A DNA stretch of 18,796 nt from contig JBDRLB010000050.1 in NCBI GenBank assembly GCA_043813365.1, positions 1-18,796 on the forward strand, read 5' to 3'. Both the position numbers and the translations under genes were made by a program. Numbering within the stretch: the stretch's first letter is position 1; each line of letters starts with the position of its first letter. Of this stretch, positions 16,476 through 18,796 are shown piece after piece. The notes beneath the pieces are model-generated. The model searched no databases. It was not told where the DNA came from and was given only the letters and a program-made list of their open reading frames with translations. This stretch comes from Candidatus Micrarchaeota archaeon. Lineage in GTDB: Archaea; Micrarchaeota; Micrarchaeia; Norongarragalinales; SBBD01.

Positions 16476-17162
16476 ATGAAGGAAAAAATGGATATTTCAA
16501 AACTGAAAGGGAAATCATTGCTGATGTTCGGGCTCGCAATAATTGTGTTTGCCGCGATTTTCTTCATTCCAGCAGGAACGCTGGATTATTGGCACGGATG
16601 GCTGTATATGGGCGTGATACTTATACCGATGGTGTTCGTGGTGGACTACTTCTTCAAGCACGACCCCGCATTGCTGGAAAGCAGGTTCCGCATGAAGGAA
16701 AAGGAAAGGGAGCAAAAAAACGTCGTAAAATACGGGTCGCTACTTTACCTCCTGATCTTCCTGATTCCGGGGCTGGATTACAGGTTCGGCTGGTCGCACG
16801 TTCCTGCTGAGGCTGCAATTATTTCGAATGCAGTCGTATTGCTGAGCTATATTTCGGTATTCATGGTGATGAAGGAGAACAGCTACTTATCGAGGATAGT
16901 GGAGATCCAGAAGGGGCAGAAAGTGATTTCAACCGGGCCGTATGCTGTTGTAAGGCATCCGATGTACACGGGCGTCCTGATGATGTTCATTGCAAGTCCG
17001 CTCGCGCTAGGCTCTTATTGGGCTCTGATTCCGGTTGCGCCGATAGTTCCGCTTATTGTTTACCGCCTCCTGAATGAGGAGAAAGTGCTCCTGAAAGGCC
17101 TGAGGGGGTATAAGGAATATTGCAAAAAGGTGCGGTATCGGCTGGTACCGTTTGTTTGGTGA
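16476..17162 (+). CDS. Isoprenylcysteine carboxyl methyltransferase (ICMT/PEMT) family membrane protein
   Basis: ENSYLSRIVEIQKGQKVISTGPYAVVRHPMY, EEKVL..GL.GY.EY..KVRYRLVPFVW; ggtga RBS. Confidence 0.92.
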   Translation: MKEKMDISKLKGKSLLMFGLAIIVFAAIFFIPAGTLDYWHGWLYMGVILIPMVFVVDYFFKHDPALLESRFRMKEKEREQKNVVKYGSLLYLLIFLIPGLDYRFGWSHVPAEAAIISNAVVLLSYISVFMVMKENSYLSRIVEIQKGQKVISTGPYAVVRHPMYTGVLMMFIASPLALGSYWALIPVAPIVPLIVYRLLNEEKVLLKGLRGYKEYCKKVRYRLVPFVW

Positions 17163-17239
17163 ATTGCAGAGGGAGGACGCACGCCTCAAGCGACAATTGA
17201 AAAGCCCGCATTGCGTAGCCTTATGGATGGTGATTCGGA

Positions 17240-17389
17240 ATGGGAATGAGCAAAACCGACCTGACAAGGAAAAACTCCAGTTTGGTAAAAATGCTTCGGG
17301 AGCTTGAAGAGAAGGCGAAGGACGACCCGCTGAAGAGGGATTGGAAACTTCACCAGAAAATCGCTGACCTGAAGAAGAAATTGGAATAA
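17240..17389 (+). CDS. Small basic helical protein, 49 aa, absent from the ORF track
   Basis: ggtga RBS then MGMSKTDLTRKNSSLVKMLRELEEKAKDDPLKRDWKLHQKIADLKKKLE; helix-DP-helix amphipathic pattern. Confidence 0.6.
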   Translation: MGMSKTDLTRKNSSLVKMLRELEEKAKDDPLKRDWKLHQKIADLKKKLE

Positions 17390-17452
17390 AGCCGCACCGG
17401 ATAGATGGGGAAAAGTGCTCACTAAGGTAGAGGGTCAAATAATTTCTTTACC

Positions 17453-18166
17453 TCAAGCCGGCTGGGATCCGCAGTTGAAATGCGTTTCATCCCTCTTCCA
17501 AGGCGTTCCATTCAAACCCAGTCTGCCCGTCAGGCATTCCGGAGTCAGACCGTTCTCAGCACTTAAGCAGCCCTCGGACCCACAACCATTCGGATTCCAA
17601 TCCCCGTTGCTGTCGTAACATTGGCTCATGCGGGCAATTTGGGCCATGCACTGGACTTTTGATGGCCCTATGGAACAATCTACCTGTTTTTGCGAGTACA
17701 TGTGCAGGAAAGGAACAAGCAAAAAAACAACTACTGCCACAAGAAGCAATTTCTTAGCGATTTCGCGCTTGAAATACAAAAGGCAAGAGAGTAGATAGAG
17801 ATAAGCAATGCACATGAGAAATGCGATTAGAGCAGTAAAGAACGGTATCGGTGAGCCGGTTATATTTGCTGTGACATATGAGCCTCCGCCGATTGCAAAC
17901 AACATGTATGGAACGAAGTATATTGCCCCAATAAGCAAAGTTATGGCTTGTTTTACAGCATCGGCAACCGCACCTAAGGAACCATAAGTGTATTCGGTAT
18001 ATTCGCAAGATGGGCTGATTGCCCATCGGATCGGAAATATTATGAAGGTAGATAGAACCGCGATTAAGACAAGCAGGACGATTATTTCTGCTTTTATCCA
18101 ATTTGGGCTTAGGAATTCCATCCAGTTGAAATTAGCCGGGCTTGCTTTCATAGCTTCTTTTGGCAT
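17453..18166 (-). CDS. Hypothetical multi-pass membrane protein with a Cys-rich C-terminal extracellular domain
   Basis: 237 aa; about 4 TM segments; 7 Cys in the last ~75 aa; tttaaata TATA ~25 bp upstream. Confidence 0.75.
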   Translation of the reverse strand: MPKEAMKASPANFNWMEFLSPNWIKAEIIVLLVLIAVLSTFIIFPIRWAISPSCEYTEYTYGSLGAVADAVKQAITLLIGAIYFVPYMLFAIGGGSYVTANITGSPIPFFTALIAFLMCIAYLYLLSCLLYFKREIAKKLLLVAVVVFLLVPFLHMYSQKQVDCSIGPSKVQCMAQIARMSQCYDSNGDWNPNGCGSEGCLSAENGLTPECLTGRLGLNGTPWKRDETHFNCGSQPA

Positions 18167-18246
18167 ATAGTTCTAATGCAAAACCAGTATTTAAACGGAA
18201 GCTGATTAAAGAAACGCATTTAGAAGTAATTGAATAAAAACAAGAA

Positions 18247-18353
18247 TGCTCCCTACGGGATTTGAACCCGTGTTCTCGGCTCGAAAGGCTTATCCTCCCA
18301 TTTGCTTTTCAGCTCTGGGATCGGAATCCTTGACCGGGCTAGACGAAGGGAGC
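18247..18353 (-). tRNA. tRNA-Glu(TTC) with a 32-nt intron at position 29/30 (intron 18290-18321); CCA not encoded
   Basis: Spliced: GCTCCCTTCGTCTAGCCCGGTCAAGGATTCCG|GCCTTTCGAGCCGAGAACACGGGTTCAAATCCCGTAGGGAGCA (75 nt); acceptor stem GCTCCCT/AGGGAGC; T-arm ACGGG-TTCAAAT-CCCGT; anticodon at 18283-18285; strict BHB motif. Confidence 0.95.
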
Positions 18354-18505
18354 AAAGAGTGTAAGTTCATCTGATTAAAGGAATAAATAACCTTCTCTTT
18401 TGGCCATTAATAAGGACGTCCGCAAAGGCAAATGCTCTTTTCTTTTTCCGGAGGGCTTTTTCTTTTAGGAAAAGAAAAAGGTTCCTACGACGAAGGGAGC
18501 AAAGA
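18342..18505. repeat. 17-bp direct repeat duplicating the tRNA 5' end (18342-18358 and 18489-18505)
   Basis: gacgaagggagcaaaga occurs twice, 147 bp apart; it covers tRNA nt 1-12 plus 5 leader nt. Confidence 0.9.
18456..18480. repeat. A/T-rich hairpin between the tRNA 5'-end repeats
   Basis: ctttttctttt-agg-aaaagaaaaag is a perfect 11-bp inverted repeat. Confidence 0.75.
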
Positions 18506-18560
18506 AAGAGGAAATTATCTGCAAATCCAACTTTTTAACCCTTGTCCCTCTAATAAACAC

Positions 18561-18796
18561 ATGGCAGAGCTTTACGACCAGATAACATGGAATAAGCGGA
18601 AGAGCTACCTGTACATGCTGTTTTTCGTGGTGCTGATATTCGGCATCTCATGGTTTGCAGGGTATATGACGGGCATGGGGAGCTATTTTTCAGTCATAGC
18701 GATAATAATTGCAGTAGTGATGACCGTTGGCGCATACTATTACAGCGACAAGGTGGTGCTTTCAACTGTCAACGCGCGGCCCGCTGAGAAGAAGGA
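18561..18796 (+). CDS. htpX: HtpX-like M48 zinc metalloprotease, N-terminal part (runs off the window)
   Basis: MAELYDQITWNKRKSYLYMLFF...two TM...AYYYSDKVVLSTVNARP is the typical HtpX N-terminus; the HExxH motif lies outside the window; tttttaa TATA ~25 bp upstream. Confidence 0.8.
   Translation, partial: MAELYDQITWNKRKSYLYMLFFVVLIFGISWFAGYMTGMGSYFSVIAIIIAVVMTVGAYYYSDKVVLSTVNARPAEKK

Noticed and set aside
18342..18500. A second 147-nt tRNA intron at 12/13, or a split-tRNA half
   Set aside because: I could not build a BHB at these junctions, and the downstream copy is already a complete gene with its own promoter.

Overview
Archaeal chromosomal window, most likely a DPANN archaeon. Micrarchaeota-like is an inference from the BHB tRNA intron at a non-canonical site, the class III signal peptide gene, TATA-type promoters with leaderless starts and the gene families present. 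It opens with hairpins resembling an IS200/IS605 end and a ~445-bp structured non-coding region. Next come a two-gene unit (winged-HTH with a DnaJ-type zinc finger in its wing, plus a Cas2/PaaX/ChrB-N-like protein) and a bacterial-type prs. A cell-surface locus follows: a 1207-aa membrane-anchored helical protein, divergent from a 1425-aa glycoprotein that carries two ~423-aa propeller-like copies each apparently inserted into another domain, coupled to a CWB2-like membrane protein. Then come several small membrane/coiled-coil genes, including an unlisted class III (pilin-like) gene, and an accessory stretch (KamA-family radical SAM, DUF333 lipoprotein, ICMT-family methyltransferase, small proteins). 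The window ends with tRNA-Glu(TTC), which has a 32-nt intron at position 29/30 and a duplicated 5' end, and the start of htpX. No CRISPR array, integrase or reverse transcriptase was seen.
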